From assembly GCA_043814985.1 (NCBI GenBank), contig JBDRJK010000014.1, positions 1-64,000 on the forward strand: a stretch of 64,000 nucleotides of DNA, in the 5' to 3' direction. The stretch's first letter is position 1; the number at the start of each line of letters is the position of its first letter. Of this stretch, positions 1-9,338 are shown one piece after another. The notes beneath the pieces are model-generated. The model saw nothing but the letters and a program-made list of their open reading frames with translations. It did no database searches and was not told the origin of the DNA. The translations under genes and the position numbers were made by a program. Source of the DNA: Candidatus Aenigmatarchaeota archaeon. GTDB taxonomy: Archaea > Aenigmatarchaeota > Aenigmatarchaeia > Aenigmatarchaeales > Aenigmatarchaeaceae.

Positions 1-1
1 G

Positions 2-214
2 GGGAAGACTTATTCCATAGCAGGAAGAAAAATGAAGATTTACGGGGACGGCGGGGGGAAACATGAGATCAGACCCGAGTGGATGAAGGACGGCATCACG
101 GTAGAGGCCCGTACAACCGGGGGGAGAAATCAGGACGCCTATGTCAGCTATAGAGTTTTAGTGGGAAATGCGGAAGCCGAGGCAAAACCGGATATCTCTA
201 ATCTGAGCCTGTGA
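2..214 (+). CDS. 3' part of hypothetical protein (frame open from window start)
   Basis: Frame of the 32..214 ORF has no stop back to position 2 (GKTYSIAGRK-MKIY...); no recognisable motif. Confidence 0.45.
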   Translation, partial: GKTYSIAGRKMKIYGDGGGKHEIRPEWMKDGITVEARTTGGRNQDAYVSYRVLVGNAEAEAKPDISNLSL

Positions 215-280
215 TTAAAAACATCTCTTAAATCCTGATTTTTCTATAATAAGAAAGACAAGGGAACTTGTTTTAGAATG

Positions 281-646
281 TCAGCTATCTTGACCTAGAA
301 TTATTTCGCTAACCATCTTTTCAATGTCAGGCTCTTCCAGAGTCTCTTCGTATCTTAAATACATAACAAACTGTACTAACTCAAGAACAAAAACTTCTAA
401 AAGGTTCTCTATATCCACGTTTTTAGTATCAACAAAAATCTGAAAGCGATTACCGCCTGCATCTTCTCTTAGTCTGACAGTTATAGAAACTCCCGAACCT
501 ATACTTCTTACTAACTCTAAATCACTTTCATGCGGTTCTAGACATAATAAAGGTGGCTCAAAATCAAAATTAAAATAATTTCTAACCATCTCATAAGCTT
601 TGTGATAAAGCTCTGACACTATTTTTTTCATTCTGCCCTTTGCCAT
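281..646 (-). CDS. hypothetical protein
   Basis: 121-aa ORF with protein-like composition. Confidence 0.6.
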   Translation of the reverse strand: MAKGRMKKIVSELYHKAYEMVRNYFNFDFEPPLLCLEPHESDLELVRSIGSGVSITVRLREDAGGNRFQIFVDTKNVDIENLLEVFVLELVQFVMYLRYEETLEEPDIEKMVSEIILGQDS

Positions 647-675
647 ACCCGAATTTTAAACTCAAGCATTTAAAT

Positions 676-691
676 AGCTGAATCTTCAGCT
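676..691. promoter_or_regulatory. inverted repeat AGCTGAA-TC-TTCAGCT between divergent genes (possible operator)
   Basis: Perfect 7-bp arms just after a TTTAAA box in the 647-767 intergenic region. Confidence 0.3.
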
Positions 692-767
692 GAGAGTCAT
701 ATCTAAAATGTCTGTTTTATCCAAGCTTGAAATTCCTGTTTAAATCATTTTGTTTTCTATTTGAATT

Positions 768-1640
768 ATGACGATTTATGAGGACAAGAGAGCTTTGCCT
801 TTCTTTGCTTACAAGGTTATTCTTGACGAGATGAGATGCCAAAACCCCGAAATATACTCCTATATGGAAGACAGGGGCTTTGTCATGGATGAGCGCGATT
901 ACTTGAACTGCGTCTCCAGAACCGTACAACATGGCAGCACCAGAAATGAGTGGAATATTTTTTCCAAATACCTGGAGGACGCACACATCGCTAATATTGA
1001 TATTTTTTCCTCCGAGCTGAAAATGTTGTCTGACAACTTAATAGACAATGGGAGGGTGCTGTATGCCGGTGTCGGAAACGGGGACCTTGTAGAGGGGATG
1101 AGAAGGTTCACCAATGCGGAAATTGTGGGGTTTGACTATTCCAAGGGAGTGTTAAAGGAGTGTGGGGAGCACGGTGAAATAATACTTGCCGCCTGCGACA
1201 AAATACCTGTAAAGGACGAATCAGTCGACCAGATATTCGTTACTGGTGTTGGTTGGAACGATAAAAGGGTTAAAGAACTGAAGAGAACGCTTGCCCATGG
1301 CGGGGAGATAATATTTGATTTTTCCAGGTCCATATCCCTCAACACGTCCGGTGTAATAACCGGATCATACGAGGATTACATCAGAAGTTTCATCAAAGCC
1401 GAGGGTTTGAGGGAGCATGTGAACAGGAGGATAATCTCAAAAATGAAATCAGGCGCAATTCTACAATATCCAGACATGAAGGATGATATTGCCTTCCTGA
1501 AGAGGAGGGGACTGAAAAAGAGGTTCATATTCTCCGATGTGGTCCCGCTTCCCAGGCCGTTAAACAGAAACCAATCCTCGTTCGATTATAATTCTGGAAA
1601 TTTTGTCATCCAAATAGCTCTTGCTGGAAAGAAACCCTAG
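768..1640 (+). CDS. class I SAM-dependent methyltransferase
   Basis: Motif I-like VLYAGVGNG, IVGFDYS, IPVKDESVDQIF, LKRTLAHGG. Confidence 0.8.
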   Translation: MTIYEDKRALPFFAYKVILDEMRCQNPEIYSYMEDRGFVMDERDYLNCVSRTVQHGSTRNEWNIFSKYLEDAHIANIDIFSSELKMLSDNLIDNGRVLYAGVGNGDLVEGMRRFTNAEIVGFDYSKGVLKECGEHGEIILAACDKIPVKDESVDQIFVTGVGWNDKRVKELKRTLAHGGEIIFDFSRSISLNTSGVITGSYEDYIRSFIKAEGLREHVNRRIISKMKSGAILQYPDMKDDIAFLKRRGLKKRFIFSDVVPLPRPLNRNQSSFDYNSGNFVIQIALAGKKP

Positions 1641-1841
1641 GGAACCGTCTTTCTTTCGCGGGGCATCCGATGCCGTGAGCGCTGGTTTGCCCTTGAAAAT
1701 TAAAGATAAAAAAGACAACCTGCGGTTTTCTTCTTTAATCATCTTTCTCTGTGTTTAAACAAGGTATGCATAAACCGATGTTTTAATTAGTGTATTTTTC
1801 TAATTATTTTTATAAAATGCCATATAAGGTGGTAGAGAAAG

Positions 1842-2387
1842 GTGTATAATGCTAAAATTGCTGAAGATTTTTCGATATTAATGATAGGTTCGATAGAAAG
1901 ACCTGTTCCTTCTGATTTACATATTCAGAAAGAGATGTTTGTATTAACCCAAACTATTCCCGATCTCCGGGAAATTTTTAATTTTAAAAAACATTATCAA
2001 GGGCCGTTTTCTCAAATATTGAGAGATATTATTGACAGTCCTATCTATGTAGATAGAGCATTCGAACGAAGAGGTAGAAGTATACTTCTTAGCAAGAACG
2101 GGAAGAAAGAATTTAATAATATAGTAAAAAGAAACATCAAAGAAGAAGATTTCAATATTTTAAATATTAACATTAAATTGATTAGAAACATTTATGATAG
2201 ACTCAATCGTTTTGAACTATTATTCTTAGTTTACGATACCTATCCAAAATACATTGAAATGTCCGATGTATATAATTCTATTATAAAAAACAAGAAACTT
2301 GTAAATGAAATTATTGTAAATTTAATAAGAAAAGGTTCGATAACCGAAGATAGGTTCATGGAAATTAAAAAGAGGTACAATCTATGA
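1842..2387 (+). CDS. winged-helix protein, Panacea/SocA/YwgA-like putative antitoxin
   Basis: HIQKEMF...FKKHYQGPFS resembles the LQK..F / (Y)GP(Y/F)S signature; overlaps the downstream PIN gene (ATGA). Confidence 0.5.
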   Translation: MYNAKIAEDFSILMIGSIERPVPSDLHIQKEMFVLTQTIPDLREIFNFKKHYQGPFSQILRDIIDSPIYVDRAFERRGRSILLSKNGKKEFNNIVKRNIKEEDFNILNINIKLIRNIYDRLNRFELLFLVYDTYPKYIEMSDVYNSIIKNKKLVNEIIVNLIRKGSITEDRFMEIKKRYNL

Positions 2388-2920
2388 CAGATTTATTGGC
2401 GGATTCAAGCTTCTATATTTGTTTTCTTGATAATATTAAATCTCCAGAAAATCTAATAAAAATATTAGAAAAATTTAGTTCATCATTCCCACCTGTAATA
2501 TTTAGTGAAGTTAAGAAATCAAAAAGATCAAAGGAAATTTTTGAAAACAAAAAGCTGAATATCAATATTTTTGAGGGAGAGATACATATAAGTGAAGTTC
2601 TTAGACCTTTCTTTTCTATTGAACAAAAAGAAAGAGGTGAACATGAATTAATTGTACTTGCTTTTATTTGTTATAACATGAAAATGAAATTTGAGCTTGT
2701 AATAGATGATAAACAAGCCAGAAATTTTATTAAAAGAAATTTAATCTATCTATCAAAAAATTTGAAAGACACTATCAACTTTTTATGTGATTGTTATTCC
2801 GTTTATGGTATATTCAAAAAAGAAGAGGTATTAGATATTTTTAATTTAATAGAAAATTCAAATTATGGAGTTAAGAAAGAGATTATGTTTGAAGCTAAGA
2901 AAAAAATGAGGTGCAATTAA
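2384..2920 (+). CDS. PIN-domain (VapC-like) ribonuclease
   Basis: LLADSSF, VIFSEV, RGEHE, VIDDKQAR: acidic PIN motifs in the expected order. Confidence 0.8.
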   Translation: MTDLLADSSFYICFLDNIKSPENLIKILEKFSSSFPPVIFSEVKKSKRSKEIFENKKLNINIFEGEIHISEVLRPFFSIEQKERGEHELIVLAFICYNMKMKFELVIDDKQARNFIKRNLIYLSKNLKDTINFLCDCYSVYGIFKKEEVLDIFNLIENSNYGVKKEIMFEAKKKMRCN

Positions 2921-2921
2921 C

Positions 2922-4091
2922 TTGACTAAAATAAAAATGAAAGAATCTATTGAAGATAAAAACTCTTGGTTCAATGTCAAGAGGTTTAGCATATCCGGTT
3001 TGAAAGAAGATTTTTCGAAAAAAACTGTTGATGTCAATAATATAACAAAGACGTTATATGAGAATACAACAGAGTTACAAAAGGGAGAATTTATCTTCCA
3101 AAAAAGTAAAACAATAAAGAACATAGAATCTGTCAAAGAAATAATAAACCAGGAAGACAACACCAAAATAAAAAATTATTTTGGATGGAGAGGATGGTTA
3201 AAAGATAAATTCACAATTTTAACATTTACATTAGATTTCAATCCTTTTGATAGCATTAAAAAAATAGAGGATTTATCAGGCTTCTTTCAATATTATTATT
3301 CTTATTCCGGAAAGATTTTGTTTATACCCAATATAAGAAGGGATAAAGATATTTTTTCTAATGGTAAAAAACAGGGAAATCGGGAAATAATTAATTTAGA
3401 TGGTTATAAAAAATTTGTATCACAATCTTTTGATTTTTTCTCCCAAAAAAACAATAAACCAATTTTTGTTCCAATTTCTCTTAGATTTGGTATTGGAAAA
3501 ATAGAAGAACTAATTAAATTTTACTTAAAAAATGAAAACTTTCTATTTTGGATTGATTTTGAGGGCAAAGCCATTGATGAAGCACAAACAGCTAAGATAA
3601 GGGAAATAAATCGTGTCTTAAAGGATGAAAAAAGATTTGATGAAACATTAATAGTCTTTAACAATATGAAAAGGGAGATAAGGTCCAATATCAAGGAAGA
3701 TAAAAGTCCAGCTTCTGATGTTCTTGGACCATTATATGGAGCAAATATAGTAGGGGTTGATAAAGAACCTGCAAGATATTTCGGACCTAATTTTAAACCA
3801 GAAGAAGTAATATTCGAGCATAAAGCAAGGAAATTTGATGAAAAAACTTATTATTATAAAAAAACAACAGATAACAAATTCTTGACAAAACATAAAAATG
3901 TTACAAATAACTCAATAGAACTTGGTAATGAATTTCTAAAACAAAGAAAATATTTTTTGAAAAAACAAGAAATCGAAAATTACATAAAAACAAAAGAAAT
4001 GATAATTAAATATAACAAAGGTAGAATTTTATCTGATATAAAGAAAAATCTCTTAAAACAAGGAAGTTTGAAAAAATTCTTAATTAATTAA
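2922..4091 (+). CDS. uncharacterised protein, possibly TIM-barrel/TGT-like, with C-terminal PIP-box-like motif
   Basis: 389-aa ORF in operon; alternating beta/alpha pattern (KPIFVPI, FWIDFEG, YGANIVG); ends QGSLKKFL. Confidence 0.5.
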   Translation: MTKIKMKESIEDKNSWFNVKRFSISGLKEDFSKKTVDVNNITKTLYENTTELQKGEFIFQKSKTIKNIESVKEIINQEDNTKIKNYFGWRGWLKDKFTILTFTLDFNPFDSIKKIEDLSGFFQYYYSYSGKILFIPNIRRDKDIFSNGKKQGNREIINLDGYKKFVSQSFDFFSQKNNKPIFVPISLRFGIGKIEELIKFYLKNENFLFWIDFEGKAIDEAQTAKIREINRVLKDEKRFDETLIVFNNMKREIRSNIKEDKSPASDVLGPLYGANIVGVDKEPARYFGPNFKPEEVIFEHKARKFDEKTYYYKKTTDNKFLTKHKNVTNNSIELGNEFLKQRKYFLKKQEIENYIKTKEMIIKYNKGRILSDIKKNLLKQGSLKKFLIN

Positions 4092-4380
4092 TAACAGAAT
4101 AATCTTTTGTGAGGTATACGAATCTTCCGGATCTTCACGTTTCCTAAGGGATTTTCCCTGAACTCTCACATTTGAGCGTGAGTTCAACCCCACTTTCGTT
4201 GTCTAACATATATTTTACAGCATATATATTACATTACAATAACAGTAATATACATATCATAACCTATCCACTATCCTATATCTATTACATAATATACTTA
4301 ACATAGCTATCATCAAAACATATACACTCCAAAGCATAAATCACAACTTATATCTTCGCGTATAATCGGCATACCCAAAC

Positions 4381-4719
4381 TCACTTAACATGGGCATAGA
4401 AGTCATCCAGAACCCTTTTCATATAGCCATAGAACGCGTCTGGATTGAAAAAGTAAACAGTCTTGTACTTCTTCTTTGTCTTGTCCTCAAATATCCTCTT
4501 GTCCTGTATCAATTGTATCTTCTTCAGCGGATTGATCACAAAATAGAAGGTCCTTTTGGGCTTCTGGTACTTGTTGAAGCTAATCCCCAGCGCTTTGGCC
4601 AGCTCCTGGTACTCCATTGAGCCCTCTTTCTTCAATAGTAATATAGCCTTTTCAGCCATTTCCCTTATGTGGGCGTTACGAGCTGACTTCCCATACAGCC
4701 ACAGCAGCAATTCTTTCAT
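4381..4719 (-). CDS. winged helix-turn-helix DNA-binding protein
   Basis: LLKKEGSMEYQELAKALGI...FYFVINPLKKIQLI...TVYF pattern. Confidence 0.7.
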   Translation of the reverse strand: MKELLLWLYGKSARNAHIREMAEKAILLLKKEGSMEYQELAKALGISFNKYQKPKRTFYFVINPLKKIQLIQDKRIFEDKTKKKYKTVYFFNPDAFYGYMKRVLDDFYAHVK

Positions 4720-4946
4720 ATATCATATAAAACCGGACTGAAATATAAAGATTAACCACAAATGTCCAAGTCTCCCCAGGGGACAAAAACACCTTCCACA
4801 GATATGTCCATCAGTGGTATATCTGAGCGTTTGATCTTGATGCCATGGGAACAACATTCTGAAAGAGTTAGAAATGAACATCAACTGTCCAAGAACATTT
4901 CTATATTATAGGACGTCCCATATTGGTACCAAAAATAACTGTTTTC

Positions 4947-5303
4947 TCACTTCTTGGTAACAGAAACTTTTGTTTTATTGCCCATTTTCAGGAACTTTCT
5001 TCTTATTCCCTCGAAGTCATGGGCTACATCCTGGCCTTCTTCTGTTAACCTAACAAGCTTGATCCTTCCCTTCTTCTCAAAGACGACCAAACCTAACTTT
5101 TTGAACATCTCCAATACTTTTACGGTGTGTGAATACGTGCAGTCAACGACCTTTGACACCTGCGTCGCGTACTGTATGTCCTCCCTCTTCAAACTGGTCA
5201 GCATCTTGACTGGTTTAGGATGCAGAAAAAGGTTCTCGAAAAGATTTTTTTGTATTACTTTCATTCTCACACCGTTTCCTATATGCTTTTTTAGTCGGGA
5301 CAT
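4947..5303 (-). CDS. winged-helix transcriptional regulator (MarR/ArsR-like)
   Basis: YATQVSKVVDCTYSHTVKVLEMFKKLGLVVFEKKGRIKLVRLTEEG; start may be ATG at 5264. Confidence 0.8.
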   Translation of the reverse strand: MSRLKKHIGNGVRMKVIQKNLFENLFLHPKPVKMLTSLKREDIQYATQVSKVVDCTYSHTVKVLEMFKKLGLVVFEKKGRIKLVRLTEEGQDVAHDFEGIRRKFLKMGNKTKVSVTKK

Positions 5304-5624
5304 TATTTAAACGTATCAGGTATTTTGTATAGTATATGTTTTATAATATATAAAGGACGACATGCTTCGTTTCTTATGTTTTATCCTACATACTTTACGA
5401 TATATGCTTTAATTAATCTATTACATAAGATATATGACATAGAACATTATTTAATTTCTTCCAAAAATTTTCTCTCACAGAGCTCTGGGCCAAAGTGAGG
5501 ATTCCCTTAGGGAATGGATTGGGAGCGAAATCATCTCCTGACACGCATTTTTTGCGAAAGTGAGAAGTCATATAGCTAGGAAAGGCTTAAATGTCTAATA
5601 GTTTAACTACTAAATAGTGGTCTA

Positions 5625-6380
5625 ATGACAGCTACACTGCAACAAAGGCCGCAAAAGGCGGAAACAGGGGCTTACGCAAAGTGGGCTAATTCTCTTGATC
5701 ACATAGATATTATCAAAAACAACAACAAAATAAGATACAAAAATTTGGGGAGTGAAATAGAGGAGAAGTTATTGGAGGTTGCAGGAAGCGATCCTCAGAG
5801 AGACGAGCCTCTCTATAACAACGAAACTGTCAACAAAATTATATTAAACAAGTATCAAGACGATCACAGCATAGGAAAAACAGCTGTATACCCACTTTCC
5901 GGTTTAGACCCAACCAACCTGCCGTCCTATGTCATTGAAAGGTCAGTGGCTGCCTACTTCTTGGACAGAGATCCGGAATTCCCCGTATGCTCTTGTGATG
6001 GAAAAATTATTGAAATGAGGCATGATGTAAGGAGGGGTTTGCCCGGTATCAAGAACATTGATCTGGTCATACTCAAAGGTGTTATCACAAATACTCTTGA
6101 AAGGATGCATGATGACATAAAGGAAAATATGAGGCCGGGAGGGCTTGTTGCATGCCACCAGAAAATTCCCAATGAGCAGATGCATACAAACATTAATGAC
6201 AGGGAATACTCACTTCTTCCAAACTGGCTATATTTTATACACAGCCCGCTAAAGTCCTACACTGCTCCCGTTGACTATAAACTCAGCAAGAATGCAAGCA
6301 AGGAGCTCTCTGAAACAACAGGGAAGGACATCAAAACCCTTACAAACCTGACGTCCTGGTATTTCTTCGAAAAGGTCTAA
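5625..6380 (+). CDS. hypothetical protein, probable SAM-methyltransferase-like fold
   Basis: AVYPLSGLD motif I variant, DLVILKG, MRPGGLV. Confidence 0.5.
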   Translation: MTATLQQRPQKAETGAYAKWANSLDHIDIIKNNNKIRYKNLGSEIEEKLLEVAGSDPQRDEPLYNNETVNKIILNKYQDDHSIGKTAVYPLSGLDPTNLPSYVIERSVAAYFLDRDPEFPVCSCDGKIIEMRHDVRRGLPGIKNIDLVILKGVITNTLERMHDDIKENMRPGGLVACHQKIPNEQMHTNINDREYSLLPNWLYFIHSPLKSYTAPVDYKLSKNASKELSETTGKDIKTLTNLTSWYFFEKV

Positions 6381-6414
6381 AAGAATATATTAATCCAAAG
6401 CATTATTCTTAGAT

Positions 6415-6618
6415 ATGCAAATACCGCTTGCCGCAGCTGAGAAGATACTCAAAAGGTCCAATATGAGGGTCAGCAAGGACGCTGTGAAGGAGTTCGCCCA
6501 ATTGATGGAGGAGATAACGTTCGACATAGCATCTGAGGCAATAACCATCGCAAAAAGCGAGAAGAGGAAGACTGTAAAACTTGAGGACATATGCCAGGCA
6601 AAGAGAAAGGTTCTTTGA
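6415..6618 (+). CDS. archaeal histone (HMf-like)
   Basis: 67 aa; IPLAAAEKILK, RVSKDA, AKSEKRKTVKLEDI histone-fold motifs. Confidence 0.92.
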   Translation: MQIPLAAAEKILKRSNMRVSKDAVKEFAQLMEEITFDIASEAITIAKSEKRKTVKLEDICQAKRKVL

Positions 6619-6668
6619 CTCCTTAAGTAGTAAAAAAAGAATTTAAGGTTTAAAGCACATTTGATTTT

Positions 6669-7664
6669 ATGGATTTCGAAATCATTCTTCAAAAAATAAT
6701 TGAGAAGGGAAGCCTCTCAAAAGAGGAAACTGAGAAGAGGATAATTGAGAAGCAGGAAGAGCTATCCAACCTTGTTTCCAAGGAAGGGGCGGCCTACATA
6801 ATCGCAAAGGAAATGGGAATCGAACTGTTCCCAGAAAAGACTCAGACGGAAAGAAGGCTCGAGATAAAGAACATCATCCCGCAGATAAGGGACCTCAATC
6901 TCAACGCAAGAATTGTCAACATATTCCCCGTGAAGGAGTTCGAGAGCAAGGGAAGGAAGGGGGAGGTTGCAAGCATAATTCTAGGGGACCAGACAGGAAC
7001 AATAAGAATGTCCCTATGGGACCAGCAGACAGAAATGATTGACAAACTAAAGCCTGGTATGGCAGTTGAGGTATTCGGCGGCTACACAAGGGAGAACGGG
7101 ATTGGAGGCGTTGAGATAAGACTGAGCGGAAGGGGCGGCGTTAAGATTCTAGAACAGTCAGACCTGCCTGAAATAAGCAAGATGAGAACTGAGAAGAAGA
7201 CAAGAAGCAACATAATAGATGTGAAAGAGGGCGAGTTCACAGAACTAAGGGCAGCTGTTGTGCAATTGTTCGAGACAAACTTCTTTTACGAGGTGTGCCC
7301 TGAATGCGGCAGCAGGGTAAAGGAGGATACTGGGTTCAAATGCGACCAACACGGAGAGGTGAAGCCTGCACAGGCAATTGTGCTGTCGGGAGTGATTGAT
7401 GATGGGACTGGAAACATGAGGGCAGTGTTCTTCAGGGATAACGCGCTGAAACTGATAGGGTTGGATAATGAAGAAGCTGTGAAAAGGCAGGACTCATTGC
7501 TGCAAGACCTGGATATTTTAGGAAAGGAGTTCTTAATGTCAGGAAGGGTCAGAAGGAACAAGATGTTCAACAGGCTGGAGTTTGTTGCGAATAATGTCAA
7601 GGATGTTGACATAGAAAGTGAGGCAAATAAACTAATAAATAATTTGGCAACAAAGGTGTATTAG
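6669..7664 (+). CDS. rpa: replication protein A (OB folds plus Zn finger)
   Basis: GDQTGTIRMSLWD and DDGTGNMRAVFF OB folds; CPEC...CDQH Zn site. Confidence 0.9.
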   Translation: MDFEIILQKIIEKGSLSKEETEKRIIEKQEELSNLVSKEGAAYIIAKEMGIELFPEKTQTERRLEIKNIIPQIRDLNLNARIVNIFPVKEFESKGRKGEVASIILGDQTGTIRMSLWDQQTEMIDKLKPGMAVEVFGGYTRENGIGGVEIRLSGRGGVKILEQSDLPEISKMRTEKKTRSNIIDVKEGEFTELRAAVVQLFETNFFYEVCPECGSRVKEDTGFKCDQHGEVKPAQAIVLSGVIDDGTGNMRAVFFRDNALKLIGLDNEEAVKRQDSLLQDLDILGKEFLMSGRVRRNKMFNRLEFVANNVKDVDIESEANKLINNLATKVY

Positions 7665-7673
7665 GTTATTCTT

Positions 7674-8630
7674 ATGACTAAAAAAATCAAAGATGTAGCT
7701 GACTTGCCCGGAGTTGGGGAGAAGGTAGGGGAGAAGCTGAAGAAGGCAGGCTACATCGACCTGATGAGCATTGCAGCAGCATCACCGAAAGAACTAGGTG
7801 AAACAGCCAATGTAGGGGAAATGACTGCAACAAAAATAATCAATACTGCCAGGGATGAGCTGGAAATCGGCTTTGAGAAGGCTACCGAAATCTACGAGAG
7901 AAGGCAGCAAATCAAAAGGATAAAAAGCGGCAGCAAAAACCTGGATCAGTTGTTAGGCGGCGGCTTTGAGACACAGGCTGTTGTAGAATTCCATGGAGCG
8001 TTCGGTTCCGGAAAGACGCAAGCCGGCTTCCAGATAGCTATCAACGCACAGCTGCCTGAGGAGCAGGGAGGAATAGACGGCAACTGTATTTTTCTGGATG
8101 CAGAAAGCACTTTCAGGCCTGGCAGGATAAAGCAGATGGCAGAGGCAATGGACTTGGATCCTAAAAAAATCTTGGAGAATATTTACGTTGCGAGATGCTA
8201 CAATTCCGATCACCAGATGATAATGGCCGAGAAGATAGGGGAAATGGTAAAGAAGAAGAACATCAAGCTTGTCATTGTTGACAGCGTCACATCAAACTTC
8301 AGGGCCGACTTCTCAGGAAGGGGGGAGCTTTCAGCAAGGCAGCAGAAACTGAACAGGCACCTGCACACCCTGCAGAGGCTGGCTGACGTTTACGGTGTTG
8401 CTGTCTACATAACCAACCAGGTCATGTCAAGACCCAACATATTGTTCGGGGATCCGACAGCGCCAATAGGCGGTCACATACTCGGACATTTCTCAACACA
8501 TCGATTATATTTGAGAAGGTCAAAGGGAAACACAAGAATCGCAAGGCTGATTGACTCGCCGAACCTTCCAGCAGGGGAGACGATTTTCCTGATAACCCCA
8601 GAGGGAATAAGGGATCCTGAAGAAAAGTAA
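7674..8630 (+). CDS. radA: DNA repair and recombination protein RadA
   Basis: N-terminal HhH (LPGVG), Walker A GAFGSGKT, VIVDS, GRGELSARQQ, GGHILGH. Confidence 0.97.
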   Translation: MTKKIKDVADLPGVGEKVGEKLKKAGYIDLMSIAAASPKELGETANVGEMTATKIINTARDELEIGFEKATEIYERRQQIKRIKSGSKNLDQLLGGGFETQAVVEFHGAFGSGKTQAGFQIAINAQLPEEQGGIDGNCIFLDAESTFRPGRIKQMAEAMDLDPKKILENIYVARCYNSDHQMIMAEKIGEMVKKKNIKLVIVDSVTSNFRADFSGRGELSARQQKLNRHLHTLQRLADVYGVAVYITNQVMSRPNILFGDPTAPIGGHILGHFSTHRLYLRRSKGNTRIARLIDSPNLPAGETIFLITPEGIRDPEEK

Positions 8631-8633
8631 TTT

Positions 8634-9026
8634 TTAGTGAGCGAAAATAACTCCTGTTACTCTATTATTAAGTTTTGGAACAGCATGGTAGAATGGTTCG
8701 TTTTCTGGATGTTTTACATAATCAGTTTTTTGTTTTTCTGAAGAACGATTTGTTAAATATGTTTCTATTTGTTTTTCAGAAAGCAAACTTACATCTATTG
8801 GATGGTTACAATTTCTGAAGCACCATTCATTACCAGTAAATACCCAATCATCTGGATGAACCCCACAACTTCTTCTTTGTGTCTCACAACCTTTGAGGTC
8901 TCCTCCATCAGAACCTTTTCCTGGCTGGCATGGCTGCTCATAAACACCTTTCGTAACTCTTGTAATTTTAAAAGAATAATCCATTTCTGAGTTTCTAAGT
9001 ATTTCCCTTAAAATGGAACCATGCAT
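8634..9026 (-). CDS. hypothetical Cys/His-containing protein
   Basis: 130-aa ORF downstream of the PRC-barrel gene. Confidence 0.5.
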   Translation of the reverse strand: MHGSILREILRNSEMDYSFKITRVTKGVYEQPCQPGKGSDGGDLKGCETQRRSCGVHPDDWVFTGNEWCFRNCNHPIDVSLLSEKQIETYLTNRSSEKQKTDYVKHPENEPFYHAVPKLNNRVTGVIFAH

Positions 9027-9042
9027 ATTTATCTCTTATCAA

Positions 9043-9303
9043 TCAAACAATGTCTTTCTCAGCAACAATTATGAAGTCCCCGACAGATCTCACTGCAGAG
9101 AATGGAATAAGCATCCTTCCCTTGTCATCCTCGCCGAGTTTCAAATCCAATGCTTGCCTTGTAGGCTCTGAAATAATGATGTTCATCAATTCGCCCGACT
9201 CTGTTATGAAGTTGACATCGCCCACAACGCCGAACTTTCTTCCAGTATCCTCAGAAACTATGACTTTACCGACCATGTCTTTGGCTCTTAATTTTTCTGG
9301 CAT
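9043..9303 (-). CDS. PRC-barrel domain protein (CdpB-like)
   Basis: MVGKVIVSEDTGRKFGVVGDV...IPFSAVRSVGDFIIV; GGTGA RBS. Confidence 0.85.
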   Translation of the reverse strand: MPEKLRAKDMVGKVIVSEDTGRKFGVVGDVNFITESGELMNIIISEPTRQALDLKLGEDDKGRMLIPFSAVRSVGDFIIVAEKDIV

Positions 9304-9338
9304 TTAATCACCTTTAGTATAATTTTAAGCGAAGATAT

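Noticed and set aside
1641..1745. GC-rich patch as a tRNA
   Set aside because: No cloverleaf, TTCRA T-loop or acceptor stem was found.
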